From assembly GCA_963788655.1 (NCBI GenBank), contig CAWBHS010000088.1:224001-288000 (forward strand): DNA of 64,000 nt, in the 5' to 3' direction. Under the pieces are notes generated by a model, which worked only from the letters and a program-made list of their open reading frames with translations, made no database searches and was not told the origin of the DNA. The position numbers were made by a program, and so were the translations under genes. Below, in pieces: positions 38,774 to 48,892 of this stretch; position 1 is the stretch's first letter, and each line of letters starts with the position of its first letter. The DNA comes from an uncultured Verrucomicrobiae bacterium (GTDB lineage: Bacteria > Verrucomicrobiota > Verrucomicrobiia > Limisphaerales > JAFGQR01).

Positions 38774-39433
38774 GTGACAGTCCTTGGGCAGCTGACCGCG
38801 ACCATCGCCGACATGGCGGAAAATCGTCGCGTTCTTGTCGCGTTCGACGGGCCCGACGGCTCGGGGAAAACGACGATGGCGAACCGCGTCGCAGCCGCGC
38901 TTCCCGGTCCCGTCGTACGGGCATCGATCGACGGGTTCCACCGCCGCCGCGAGGTTCGGATGGCGCGGGGGATCGATTCTCCCGAGGGGTACTACCGGGA
39001 CTCGTTCAACCTCGAGGCGCTCGAGGACGAGCTCCTCGCGCCGTTCTTGTCTGGCAACGGGCTCGTGCGAACCCGCGTGTTCGACTACCGCACGGATCAG
39101 GACGTCGAGGAGGAGTACGAGCACGTACCCCCGTCCGCGACGCTGATCGTCGACGGCGTGTTCCTTCTGCGCCCCGAGCTTCGGCGCTGGTGGAATCTCG
39201 GTGTCTATATCGACGTGCCGGAAGACCTCGCGGTGCAGCGGGCGGTCGAGCGCGACGCGGACCTGTTCGGTGGGCCAGAGGAAGCCGAGATGAAGTACCG
39301 GTTGCGGTACATGCCGGGGCAGGCCCTCTATCGCATGGAGGCGCACCCGCTGGATGCCGCCCTCATCGTCATCGATAACACGGACCCCGATCGCCCCGAG
39401 ATCGCCAAGTGGGACGTGGCCGCGCACGTCTAG
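38774..39433 (+). CDS. Uridine kinase-like P-loop protein
   Basis: VAFDGPDGSGKTT, ASIDGFH, IVDGVFLLRPEL. Confidence 0.85.
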   Translation: MTVLGQLTATIADMAENRRVLVAFDGPDGSGKTTMANRVAAALPGPVVRASIDGFHRRREVRMARGIDSPEGYYRDSFNLEALEDELLAPFLSGNGLVRTRVFDYRTDQDVEEEYEHVPPSATLIVDGVFLLRPELRRWWNLGVYIDVPEDLAVQRAVERDADLFGGPEEAEMKYRLRYMPGQALYRMEAHPLDAALIVIDNTDPDRPEIAKWDVAAHV

Positions 39434-39445
39434 CGCGGGCGCCAC

Positions 39446-41428
39446 TTACCAGATCGACACCCGCTCCTCAGGAGCAAGCCAGAGCGCGTCGTCGGGCCCA
39501 ACCTCGAACGCCTCGTACCAGGCGTCCATGTTGCGCACGACACCGTTAATGCGGAACTCCTCCGGCGAATGCGGGTCCGAGTTGATTTGCGTGATGAGCG
39601 CCTCGTCGCGTCGCTTCGTTTGCTCGGTGACGGCGTATCCAATGAAGTAGCGCTGGATGGCGGTATACCCGTCGAGCTCGGGAGCGCCATCCAGGCTGCC
39701 GCCGCGCGAGATCGCGTACGCCTTGAGGCCAATCTCCACGCCCGCGAGGTCGCCGATGTTTTCCCCGATGGTCAGCGCCCCGTTGACATGGTGCTCCGGT
39801 CCGAGCTGGGCGGGGGAGTAGGAGTCGAACTGCGCGATGAGGGCCTTGGTGCGCTCCGCGAACGCCGTGCGATCCTCCTCCGTCCACCAGTCGTCGAGGC
39901 GGCCCTTGCCGTCGAACTTCGACCCCTGATCGTCGAAGCCGTGCCCGATCTCGTGGCCGATCACGCTGCCAATGGCGCCGTAGTTCGCGGCGTCGTCGGC
40001 CTCGGCGTCGAAGAAGGGCGGCTGAAGGATCGCGGCGGGAAAGACGATCTCGTTTCCGGTCGGGTTGTAAAACGCGTTGACCGTCTGAGGGTTGGTGAAC
40101 CACTCGTCGCGGTCGGTAGGGCGCATGAGGCGCCCCCAGTCGTAGTCCTCTTCGAAGGCGGACGCCGCGCGGACGTTGGCGAGAAGGTCGCTCGGGTCGA
40201 GGTCGAGCCCGGAGTAGTCACGCCACGTGTCGGGGTAGCCCACCTTCGGCGTGAACTGGTCGAGCTTGTCGAGCGCCCGCTGGCGGGTCGCCTCGGTCAT
40301 CCACTCGAGGTTCGTGATGGATTCGCGGTAGGCGGCCACGAGGTTCCCGACCAGCTCGTCCATCCGCGCCTTGTGGCTCGGCGGGAAGTGCCGCTCCACG
40401 TACACGCGGCCCACGTCCTCGCCGAGCACGCCGTCCACGAGGGCAACCCCTCGCTTCCAGCGTTCCCGCTGCTGGGGCGCTCCCGTCAGGGCCGTGCCGT
40501 AGAAGTCGAAGTTCGCGCGGGAGATCTCGGGTGTCAGGTACGGCGACCGCGAGGAGACGACGCGCCAGCGCAGCCACGCCTTCCACTCGTCGAGGCCGAG
40601 CTCGGCGGAGCCGCCCGGCCACAGCGTCCCGAGCGCCTCCATGAACGAGGGCTGCTGGACGACGAGCTTGTCGCGCCCGCCCGCCGGGATGAGCAGGGCG
40701 TCCGCCCAGGTCGTCCACGGAAAGCCGGGGACGCTCGTTGCGAGAGCGTCGAGCGTCGTCGGGTTGTACGTCAGGTCTGCCTCCCGGGACTTGACGATGT
40801 CCCAGTGGTGCGACGCCATCGCCGTCTCGAAGGCCAGGACGTCCGCTCCGGTGAACGACGCGTCGCCGAGGACGTCAGCGGTGAGGGAGGCCATCCGGTC
40901 GACGTGCGCGACGTACTTGTCCCGCACCTCCTGGTGCTGATCCTCGCGGTAGTACGCCTCGTCGGGCAGGCCGATGCCGTCCTGTCCCATCCACAGGACC
41001 ATGCGGTCGGGGTCGCCGGGGTCCGCCCACACCTCGCGGGCGACGACGCCGGTTACCCCCGATCGCGCGAGGGTGCCGAGCGCGGCCGCGAGGCTATCCG
41101 GCGTCGTGGCGTCGTTGATGAGGGCGAGGTCGGGGGCGAGCGGCGACGTACCGAGGGCTGTGCACGCCTCCTCGTCCATGAAGCTCTGGTAAAGCGCCCC
41201 GATCCTCGAATCGGCTGGGGCGTCGACGATGATGTCGCGCACGCGTTCCTCGGACACGTCGCGGAGGCGGTAGAAGTGCCCGTCCCCGGAGCGATCATCG
41301 GGGATCACATGCGTCTCCAGCCACGGTCCGTTGACGAACCGGAAGAAGTCGTCTGCGGGGCGAATGGTGTCAGAGAACGTGGCCGGATCGATTCCGGAGT
41401 GCGTCGAAGCGTCGGGGGCGGCAGTCAT
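39446..41428 (-). CDS. pepO: M13-family metallopeptidase (PepO/Zmp1-like)
   Basis: VNAFY, HEIGH, GENIGD, DPHSP. Confidence 0.92.
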   Translation of the reverse strand: MTAAPDASTHSGIDPATFSDTIRPADDFFRFVNGPWLETHVIPDDRSGDGHFYRLRDVSEERVRDIIVDAPADSRIGALYQSFMDEEACTALGTSPLAPDLALINDATTPDSLAAALGTLARSGVTGVVAREVWADPGDPDRMVLWMGQDGIGLPDEAYYREDQHQEVRDKYVAHVDRMASLTADVLGDASFTGADVLAFETAMASHHWDIVKSREADLTYNPTTLDALATSVPGFPWTTWADALLIPAGGRDKLVVQQPSFMEALGTLWPGGSAELGLDEWKAWLRWRVVSSRSPYLTPEISRANFDFYGTALTGAPQQRERWKRGVALVDGVLGEDVGRVYVERHFPPSHKARMDELVGNLVAAYRESITNLEWMTEATRQRALDKLDQFTPKVGYPDTWRDYSGLDLDPSDLLANVRAASAFEEDYDWGRLMRPTDRDEWFTNPQTVNAFYNPTGNEIVFPAAILQPPFFDAEADDAANYGAIGSVIGHEIGHGFDDQGSKFDGKGRLDDWWTEEDRTAFAERTKALIAQFDSYSPAQLGPEHHVNGALTIGENIGDLAGVEIGLKAYAISRGGSLDGAPELDGYTAIQRYFIGYAVTEQTKRRDEALITQINSDPHSPEEFRINGVVRNMDAWYEAFEVGPDDALWLAPEERVSIW

Positions 41429-41487
41429 GGGCCCAGCCTAGGCGAGCGGAGTGCCCTTCGCCCCCGGGGCGCGAGTCCTGGCAGAAT

Positions 41488-41946
41488 GTGGCCATGCGCC
41501 TCCACATTGCCGCCGATCACGCCGGATACGAGCTCAAGCAGCTCCTCATGACGCACCTCGAGGGCGAGGGCCACGAGGTCACCGACCACGGAGCCTTCGA
41601 GTTCGACGATCAGGACGACTACCCCGCTTTCTGCTTCAGCGCAGGCGAGGCCGTCGTCTCCGACCCCGAGTCGCTGGGCATCGTCCTGGGCGGCTCAGGG
41701 AACGGTGAACAGATCGCAGCGAACAAGGTCACGGGGGTGCGCGCGGCTCTCGCGTGGAGTGTCGAAACCGCCGAGCTCGGCCGCGCGCACAACAACGCGA
41801 ACGTGGTGGCGCTCGGCTCGCGCCAACACGGCCTTGTCGAGGCGACCGAGATCATCGACGCGTTTATCGCGACGCCGTTCAGCGGCGAGGAACGACACCA
41901 GCGGCGCATCGATCAGCTCGCCGCCTACGAGGACGGCCGGGCATAA
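41488..41946 (+). CDS. rpiB: Ribose-5-phosphate isomerase B
   Basis: ADHAG, GGSGNGE, ANK, HNNAN, ERHQRR. Confidence 0.95.
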   Translation: MAMRLHIAADHAGYELKQLLMTHLEGEGHEVTDHGAFEFDDQDDYPAFCFSAGEAVVSDPESLGIVLGGSGNGEQIAANKVTGVRAALAWSVETAELGRAHNNANVVALGSRQHGLVEATEIIDAFIATPFSGEERHQRRIDQLAAYEDGRA

Positions 41947-42032
41947 ACCGGCGCGTCTGATGGTTCCCGTTTCACTGGGTGAGTGCGGCGTCGACGGCCG
42001 ACGATCGCGCGAGCGTGGTGGGAGGCGACACG

Positions 42033-43238
42033 ATGAAGCAACGGTCACGGCTTGCAGTTCTGGTGGGAGCGACGGTAGCCCTCGCCCTCGCCGGGTGTTC
42101 GGCCCCCGGCACCACGACGAGCGGCGCCTCGCCGAATGCGACGTCCAATTCGACCGTCGCGTCGCGTAGCGTCACGACCGGCCCCGGCATCCCCGACGCG
42201 CATGCGATCGACGACGCCACCCTGGCGAGCGTCGGCAGCGGGTGGGTGCTGACGTTCTTCGATACCGGCGCGTACGACAAACTTCACAACCCCGTCGTCG
42301 GCCCGCGCCTGATGTACCTGATCTCGCCCGCTGGCGATCGCTATCAGGTCGCCTACTTCTCGCAGATTCGCGGCGCCGACGTTCTCGCGTGGAACGTGGA
42401 GCAGGACAAGGTCTTCATGCGGTTCAATGGCTCGGAACTCGGCGTCTTCGACCTCGTTTCCGGCCGTCAGGCTCCGACGTGGACGCCGTGCGGGGTCGGG
42501 CCGGCGGACGTCCGTGTGGAGCCACGAACGGATGGCAACTGGCAGATCCGCGGAGCCTGCTCCGGAGCGCAGCTGGACGGCGTTTATGCCGACGACGGGT
42601 CACCGGTGAACGACGCGTCCTTCATCCCGGCGTCGCTGGGGTCGTGGGCGACGAACGTGGGCTCGACGACGGTGACGTATTCGATGAGCGATGGAACCTT
42701 CACGGCGACGGCCGCGCCCGGGAGCCAGCCCGTGGCGCTTCAGCTTCCGGCGGGCGTCGATAGTTGCCGCCCCCTTGCGAACGGTCGCGGCGCGACCGTC
42801 ACGGCGGAATGCACTTCGGCAGCGGGAAGCTCGGTATGGGAGATCGATAGCGCGGGCGGCCCGGCCGTCCCCGTTGCCAGCGCCGACGAGGTGGCAGGGT
42901 TCTCCAGCGCGCTCGCCGATTCCGGCGTCGGCTCCCCGACGACGGTCGTGAACACGTGCGTCGTCGGAGGCGCTGAGGCCGTGACGGTCCACGCGCTCGG
43001 TCGGGCGGTGGGTATCGCGGGAGGCGCGAACCTCGAGCCGGTATGGCTCCACCCGCACCAGCAGGCCGAGTACTGCTGGGGGTCGTCAGGGACCGTCGGG
43101 CTGTTCTCCTCGCAGGGGAGCCTGTGGACCTACGACACGGCGTCGAAGACCACGGTTCCGCTCGTCGAGGTGGACGCGCTCACGAACCCGCTGCCGACCG
43201 TCGGCGTGGCGCTGACGCGTTCGATCATCGCCCCGTAG
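42033..43238 (+). CDS. Secreted lipoprotein, beta-rich, paired Cys
   Basis: GGAGG RBS; LAGCS lipobox. Confidence 0.75.
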   Translation: MKQRSRLAVLVGATVALALAGCSAPGTTTSGASPNATSNSTVASRSVTTGPGIPDAHAIDDATLASVGSGWVLTFFDTGAYDKLHNPVVGPRLMYLISPAGDRYQVAYFSQIRGADVLAWNVEQDKVFMRFNGSELGVFDLVSGRQAPTWTPCGVGPADVRVEPRTDGNWQIRGACSGAQLDGVYADDGSPVNDASFIPASLGSWATNVGSTTVTYSMSDGTFTATAAPGSQPVALQLPAGVDSCRPLANGRGATVTAECTSAAGSSVWEIDSAGGPAVPVASADEVAGFSSALADSGVGSPTTVVNTCVVGGAEAVTVHALGRAVGIAGGANLEPVWLHPHQQAEYCWGSSGTVGLFSSQGSLWTYDTASKTTVPLVEVDALTNPLPTVGVALTRSIIAP

Positions 43239-43241
43239 CGG

Positions 43242-44516
43242 TCAGAACATGAACCCGCAGACGGGAGCGATGGGCGAAGCCATCGCCCGCCCCAGTGCGA
43301 GTGCGGCGTCCGGCGAGTGTTCGGTGACGAGTCCTGCGGCGACGAGCGCCTCGATTCGCACGCCGCCCAGGTAGGCGGCCCCGAGCTCCTGGATGCACAC
43401 GGTGAGGTCGGCGGTCGCCCCTGGCGCCTGCTCGACCGTCGCGACGCCGCCGTCGATGCGTACCCGCCACAGGCCAGCATTCTCCTGAACCTGGAGGTCG
43501 GTGATCGAGAGGACGACGTCGGCGTCGGCCTCGTACCCGCGTCCCTCCAGCGCGGCCTTGACGTCGAGGATGCGTACCCAGACGTTGTCGGTGACGAGCG
43601 GGTTCGCCGCGCGCTCGTTGACGAGTAGGTGAACCAGGGGATCGTCGACGGCGATCGCCCAGGCCTTGGTCGCGACCATGAGGTCGAGGTCGGTGAGGAC
43701 GGACCACAGGCGTCGAGACGCCGCGGGGGTCGCAGCACCCCAGGCGTCAACGGAGGCGATGCCGTCGGGCCGGAAGTCCTCCCACGTGCCCTTGCGCCGG
43801 AACGTGGCCCACGCCACCACCTGGTCGCCGTCGCGGACCGCGGCGAAGCGTCGCGCCTCCGCGCCTTCCCGGTCCGACTCGGGGTCGTCCAGGATATTGG
43901 CGAGGAGTTCGTCCGGGATCACCGTCATGGTTCCTGGGCGAGCGTACGACGCCTGGAACGCGCGGACGATGGGCCCATGCTTGGCAAGCGAGGAGGTGTC
44001 GAGCGTGACGGTCAGGTCCTCGCTTCCTGGTACCTCGCGGAGCGCGACGCCGCGCTCGAGCTTCACGCGTAGGTCGTGCGAGGCGCGTCCGTACCCGAAG
44101 CGCTGGTAGATCTCGGGTTCCGCCGCGTACAGCGCGCTCACGGCCTCGCCTCGTGCGCGCGATCGCGCGAAGTGGTCGTCGATCATCGCGGTGAGAAGCC
44201 CGCGGCGACGGTGGCCCTGGTGAACGGCTACCCAGGTGAGTCCGGCGGTCGGTATGGTTCCGCCGCCCGGAACCCGCATCTGAAACGGGAACGAGGAGTG
44301 AACCGCCACGGCGGAGCCGACCGGGCCGAGCTGCGCATCGGCGATCCCGACGGCGCGGCCCCGTTCAAACGGGAAGTGGCTGAGCACGTGATGACGCTCG
44401 TTGGGCCTGACGGCGAAAACGAACCCCCATTGGGTGACGTCGATCATCTCGTCGCCGCGTTCGCGCGGGAGGTCCGTGAGGCGGTATCCGGTTGGTGTAG
44501 GCACGGTCACGATCAT
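43242..44516 (-). CDS. Eis-family GNAT acetyltransferase with SCP2 C-terminus
   Basis: VAVHQGHRRRGLL, LYAAEPEIYQRFGYG, WVRILDVKAALEGRGY, LGAAYLGG. Confidence 0.9.
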   Translation of the reverse strand: MIVTVPTPTGYRLTDLPRERGDEMIDVTQWGFVFAVRPNERHHVLSHFPFERGRAVGIADAQLGPVGSAVAVHSSFPFQMRVPGGGTIPTAGLTWVAVHQGHRRRGLLTAMIDDHFARSRARGEAVSALYAAEPEIYQRFGYGRASHDLRVKLERGVALREVPGSEDLTVTLDTSSLAKHGPIVRAFQASYARPGTMTVIPDELLANILDDPESDREGAEARRFAAVRDGDQVVAWATFRRKGTWEDFRPDGIASVDAWGAATPAASRRLWSVLTDLDLMVATKAWAIAVDDPLVHLLVNERAANPLVTDNVWVRILDVKAALEGRGYEADADVVLSITDLQVQENAGLWRVRIDGGVATVEQAPGATADLTVCIQELGAAYLGGVRIEALVAAGLVTEHSPDAALALGRAMASPIAPVCGFMF

Positions 44517-44581
44517 GGCACGGGAGTGAAATGGGTCGCCACGACGCTAGGCCACGAATACGCAACGATCGCGGTGCCGCC

Positions 44582-46030
44582 CTAGCCCGCGATCTCGATT
44601 TCGTACCAGGCAACCCAGCCCGGGCTGGAGTCCGTGGTCACGCGCACGCGCTCCACTCCCGCGCGCGGGTGCTCGAACGTAAAGTCCAGCGGGGTGCCGT
44701 CGGTGGTGTCGCCGTCGAAGGTGGTCACGTCGTCCCACGCGCCGTCGGCGAACACGGAGACGCGGTGGATCGTCGGACCCGCGGGGTACTGGGCGGGGAC
44801 CAGGGTGATGGACCTGACGGTCGACGGTTCCGCAAGGGTGACCTCGATCCACTGCACCGGGTCGGCCCCGGAGTTCCACAGCGTCCCCCAATCGCCGTCG
44901 ATCGCCTGCTCGGGGGGTGACCCCGGCTCCGCGGCAGATGCCTGGACGGTCGCGCCGAGCGCGAGATTCGCCGCCCTCATCTCGTCGGTGAAACCCAGTC
45001 CGCCCGGATCCGCAAGGTACTGGCGAACGAGTCCCGTGAAGGTCGAGGCATCCGACTCGGGTAGGACGTGGTCGGGACGATCCACCCACGACTGAAACAG
45101 CACGTGGCGGGGAGGTCCGCCCGCCGTAGCCAGGTAGGCCTTGACGCGCTCGCCAGTAGTGGCCACCCACTGCGCGTCCGTCGGGTCGGTTCCGTTGCCG
45201 GCGAAGATCACTCCGACGGGGACGCCGACGCCGTCGCCGTGTGTCGCGATGAGGGCGGCGTCGGACGCCCACGCGTCGCGGTTCCAGTCGATATCGAGGT
45301 GCAGAAACGCGAGGCTATATCCGTTGGTTTCCCTGAACGCATCGATCCAGTGCGTGTAGGTGTCGACCGTTGTCGGTGGCGGAGTCGGCTCGGTGTCCCC
45401 GACGAGCACCTGGGGAAAGTAGCCGCGCATGATGTCGACGAAGGCTGCGACCTTACCCGCGATCGTGGGGGCGTCCCAGTGGCAGGCGTTGGGTCCGTCG
45501 TAGACGGAGCCGTAGTAGAACGGTTCGTCCATCGCGACGAGGTCGATCTGGCCCCCGGCCTTAAGGATGCGCTGGGAGATGGCGCGGGCGTCCGAGCTCC
45601 CGGCGAATCCCTCCGTGTCCGCCCCGCACTCGGCTGTCGCGTCGAGGGGGCCCATCTCCACGGCGAGGGCGAAGCCGTGGTCGCGGATCGCCTGGACCGC
45701 GGTCCGAAGGTTGGCCTCGGAGGTGGACCCCACCCACTCGCCGTAGAGCTTGAAGACCTGGATGCCCGCGGCCGCCTCAGGCCAATCGGCCGTCGGGGAG
45801 AACAGGTCCATGAAGTCGTCGGAACCCGTGAAGGGCCTGCCGGGGCCCGTGCTCAGGGGCGGGAGGGGCGCGAACCACACGAGGTCGCCCCCGAGGTCGG
45901 GCAAGGGCGGGGCAGTCGCGCTCGCACTCGCCGACGGCACGCCGTCGCTCGGAACGGTGCCCGGTCCCGCCGAGCAGGCGGAGAGGGAGAGCGCGGCGAC
46001 GGCCGCTAACAGAATGGCGCGAGGAGCCAT
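44582..46030 (-). CDS. Lipoprotein with C-terminal discoidin/F5-8C (CBM32-like) domain
   Basis: LSACS lipobox; NLALGATVQAS...AIDGDWGTLWNS..QWIEVTL. Confidence 0.8.
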   Translation of the reverse strand: MAPRAILLAAVAALSLSACSAGPGTVPSDGVPSASASATAPPLPDLGGDLVWFAPLPPLSTGPGRPFTGSDDFMDLFSPTADWPEAAAGIQVFKLYGEWVGSTSEANLRTAVQAIRDHGFALAVEMGPLDATAECGADTEGFAGSSDARAISQRILKAGGQIDLVAMDEPFYYGSVYDGPNACHWDAPTIAGKVAAFVDIMRGYFPQVLVGDTEPTPPPTTVDTYTHWIDAFRETNGYSLAFLHLDIDWNRDAWASDAALIATHGDGVGVPVGVIFAGNGTDPTDAQWVATTGERVKAYLATAGGPPRHVLFQSWVDRPDHVLPESDASTFTGLVRQYLADPGGLGFTDEMRAANLALGATVQASAAEPGSPPEQAIDGDWGTLWNSGADPVQWIEVTLAEPSTVRSITLVPAQYPAGPTIHRVSVFADGAWDDVTTFDGDTTDGTPLDFTFEHPRAGVERVRVTTDSSPGWVAWYEIEIAG

Positions 46031-46079
46031 GCGACGAGGATAACCCGACCGCCCCTCGATCAGTCCAGGTTCGCGTCGG

Positions 46080-46574
46080 TCATTCGTGGGCGTCGATCAG
46101 GCCGCGCAGGCGCCCGTACTCGACCTTGAGGCACCGATTCTGGATCACGTCGAGGCCGGCGTCCCTGGCGGCGGCCGCGGCCTCCTCGTTGACGATGCCG
46201 AGCTGCATGAACACGGTCGTAGCCCCGACGGCGATGGCGTCCTCGACGACGGGTGGGACGTCCTCCGAGCGGCGGAACACGTCCACGAGGTCGGGAACCA
46301 CGGGCAGGTCGGCGAGCGAGGCGTACACGGGTTGACCCAGGACGTCTTCGCCCGCCGCTCTCGGATTCACCCAGTACAGCTCGTACGGCGTGTTCTTCTG
46401 GAGCCACGCGCCGATGGCGTGTGACGTGCGGTCCGGCCGGGGCGACAGGCCGACGACGGCGACGGTTCGGGTCCGCGCGAGGATTCCCGCGAGGGTTGGG
46501 TCGTCGGGCGCCTGGCCGGGCGTCGGCGCGGGGCACGCGTCGTCGGAGCCGCCGACGTTCACAAACGAGTCCAT
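46080..46574 (-). CDS. CoA-binding protein (YccU-like)
   Basis: VAVVGLSPRPDRTSH, DLVDVFR, QLGI, NRCLKVE. Confidence 0.9.
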   Translation of the reverse strand: MDSFVNVGGSDDACPAPTPGQAPDDPTLAGILARTRTVAVVGLSPRPDRTSHAIGAWLQKNTPYELYWVNPRAAGEDVLGQPVYASLADLPVVPDLVDVFRRSEDVPPVVEDAIAVGATTVFMQLGIVNEEAAAAARDAGLDVIQNRCLKVEYGRLRGLIDAHE

Positions 46575-46623
46575 ATCGCCTCAACGCTATCGCCGGAGCG
46601 ATCCTTCCCCCGCGAGGTTGGCT

Positions 46624-47208
46624 CTAGCGGGCGTCGCCGAGGATGCCGGTCTCGAGGGTGGCGAGCAGCGCGGCGCGCACCCGCTCGATATCGGACCCTG
46701 CGGAGACGGCGCGGACCGAGGCTGTGAGCAGGCCTCCGACGAGCTGGGCGGCGAGCACAGCGTCCGTCGTTCCAGCCTCGTTCAGGGCATCGATCAGGGG
46801 CGCGTATTGCTCGCGGTGGAGGGCGTCGACCCGCGCCCGGAGCACGGCGGGAAGTTCGGCCGTCGCGGCCGCGTCGAAGGACCGGTGCTCAGGTTGAGTG
46901 GCGAGGTCGAGCGCGGTCGAGACGTATGCCGTGATCTTCACGGCGGGCGTGGGGGCCGCGTCGACGGCGGCGCGGAGAGCCACCGTCGCCTCCGGGAAGC
47001 TGTCCTCGATGATGGCGGCGAGAAGCGCGTCCGACGAGTCGAAGTATTGATACACGCTGGAGCGGGCGATGCCTGCCACGGCCCCGACCGCCGCGGGCGT
47101 CACGGCGTCGGCGCCTTGCTCGGCGAGGATCTCGCGGCCCGCGCGCACGAGCGCGGCCCGGCGCTGGTCGCGGTGCTCGGCGACGGTGGGGGCGTCGATC
47201 TTCGGCAT
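46624..47208 (-). CDS. TetR-family regulator
   Basis: MPKIDAPTVAEHR...AGIARSSVYQYF. Confidence 0.9.
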   Translation of the reverse strand: MPKIDAPTVAEHRDQRRAALVRAGREILAEQGADAVTPAAVGAVAGIARSSVYQYFDSSDALLAAIIEDSFPEATVALRAAVDAAPTPAVKITAYVSTALDLATQPEHRSFDAAATAELPAVLRARVDALHREQYAPLIDALNEAGTTDAVLAAQLVGGLLTASVRAVSAGSDIERVRAALLATLETGILGDAR

Positions 47209-47221
47209 CGGCCCTCCCGTT

Positions 47222-47266
47222 TTGCTTGACGACACTGGTGTCGGTAAGATACCGACATGACTGTCG
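47222..47266 (+). promoter_or_regulatory. MFS promoter with two TetR-type operators CGACA-N4-TGTCG
   Basis: TTGCTT-N17-TAAGAT 6 nt before ATG 47257; palindromes at 47230..47243 and 47253..47266. Confidence 0.75.
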
Positions 47267-48879
47267 ATAAGAATACCTCGCCTGCGCCGGACGCCACCAC
47301 CGCGAAAAAGGATCGCCGTTGGTGGGCCCTTGGCGCTGTCGCCCTCGCCGTTTCCCTCATCATCATGGACGCGACGGTCGTCAACGTCGCGCTACCCGTC
47401 ATCATTCGCGACATCGGCCTCACCGCGTCTGAGGCGGAGTGGATGAACGCCGTCTACGCGCTGATGTTCGCGGCGCTGCTCCTCACCGCCGGTCGCGTGG
47501 GCGACATCTGGGGACGCCGGAGGCTTCTCTTCACGGGCATGACCCTCTTCCTGATCGCGAGCGTGGTGGCTGGCACCGTGAGCCACGGGGGAGCGCTGAT
47601 CGGGGCGCGCCTGGGGCAGGGGATCGGCGCGGCCCTCATCCTCCCGACCACGTTGTCGACCCTCAACGCCGTGTTCGTCGGACGACAGCGAGCCATCGCG
47701 TTCGCCGTGTGGGGTTCGACCATCGGCGGAATGGCGGCCGTGGGACCCCTCGTCGGGGGCTGGCTCACCACGGACGTGTCGTGGCGATGGGCCTTCTGGA
47801 TCAACATCCCCGTGGGCCTGGTCGTCATCGCGCTCACGCTGTACGCGGTTCCGGAGACGCGAGACGAGACGGGGTCGCGCAAACTCGACGGCGTGGGTGT
47901 GATCCTGTCGCTCGTCGGGATGGGCTCCATCGTCTACGCCCTTATCGAGGGCGTCCGGTACGGCTGGTGGCTCCAGGGCTCCGGCGCTCTGTCGCCCGTT
48001 CCCGTCGCGTTCCTCGGCGGCGTCATCGTCATGGCGATATTCGTGCTCACGCAGATCAGGCGAGCCCGCTCCGGCGCGGTGACCCTCGTCGATCTTGGGT
48101 TGCTGCGCGTCCGTTCCTTCCGCTACGGCTCGCTCGCGGCGCTCGTGGTGGCGCTCGGCGAGCTCGGGCTCCTCTTCACCCTTCCGCTCCTGCTTCAGAA
48201 CGCCCTCGGCTACTCCGCGCTTGGCACCGGTTGGCTCATCGTCGCCCTGGCCGTCGGAACCTTCCTCGTCTCCGGGGCGACGCCACAACTGACGCGCCGC
48301 TGGGGTGGGCGGGCCGTCGTCCGAACGGGCCTCGCCTCCGAGGCCGTGGCCGTCGCGGGCCTGTCCTTGTCCATCAACGCGCACGTGAGCGGCTGGGCGA
48401 TCGCGGGGTGGCTGTTCCTCTACGGCCTGGGAGTGGGGATGGCGACGGCTCAGCTCACGAGCGTGATCCTCGCCGAGATCCCCGTGGCCGAATCCGGGCA
48501 GGCGTCCGGACTCCAGAGCACCTTCCGTCAGCTCGGCTCCGCGCTGGGCGTCGCCATACTCGGCACGCTGTTGGTGACGACGCTCGGGCACCAAACGCGC
48601 ACGAATCTCGAGGACAGCGGGGTCACCGCGGCGCAGAGCGCTCAGGTTGCCGATTCGGTCCGGCACTCCGCCGGCGCGGTCATCCCCGCGCTCGAGGCGA
48701 ATGCGTCCACCCAGGCGTCCGGCGTCGTCGCGCGTGACGCGCTCATCACCGCGTCCAAGATCACGACGGGTAGCGCCGCGGTCGTCATCGCGCTTGGCCT
48801 CGCTGCGACGCTCGCCCTGCCGCCGACCCCTCCGGAGGGCGGGACGACGCGACGGCGTCGAACCTCCGCGCGGGCCTAG
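47257..48879 (+). CDS. MFS DHA2 (14-TM) efflux transporter
   Basis: MDATVVNVALP, GRVGDIWGRRR, WRWAFWINIP. Confidence 0.92.
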   Translation: MTVDKNTSPAPDATTAKKDRRWWALGAVALAVSLIIMDATVVNVALPVIIRDIGLTASEAEWMNAVYALMFAALLLTAGRVGDIWGRRRLLFTGMTLFLIASVVAGTVSHGGALIGARLGQGIGAALILPTTLSTLNAVFVGRQRAIAFAVWGSTIGGMAAVGPLVGGWLTTDVSWRWAFWINIPVGLVVIALTLYAVPETRDETGSRKLDGVGVILSLVGMGSIVYALIEGVRYGWWLQGSGALSPVPVAFLGGVIVMAIFVLTQIRRARSGAVTLVDLGLLRVRSFRYGSLAALVVALGELGLLFTLPLLLQNALGYSALGTGWLIVALAVGTFLVSGATPQLTRRWGGRAVVRTGLASEAVAVAGLSLSINAHVSGWAIAGWLFLYGLGVGMATAQLTSVILAEIPVAESGQASGLQSTFRQLGSALGVAILGTLLVTTLGHQTRTNLEDSGVTAAQSAQVADSVRHSAGAVIPALEANASTQASGVVARDALITASKITTGSAAVVIALGLAATLALPPTPPEGGTTRRRRTSARA

Positions 48880-48892
48880 CCAGAGGTCGCGA

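Noticed and set aside
39569..41551. Long antisense ORFs (also 19908..21311, 30851..32515, and the 58174..59454 extension)
   Set aside because: Shadow frames of well-supported opposite-strand genes, expected at this GC content
30446..44516. ABC-F and Eis-like genes as an antibiotic-resistance island
   Set aside because: Both families are widespread housekeeping paralogues in actinobacteria; no mobile context or leader peptide seen
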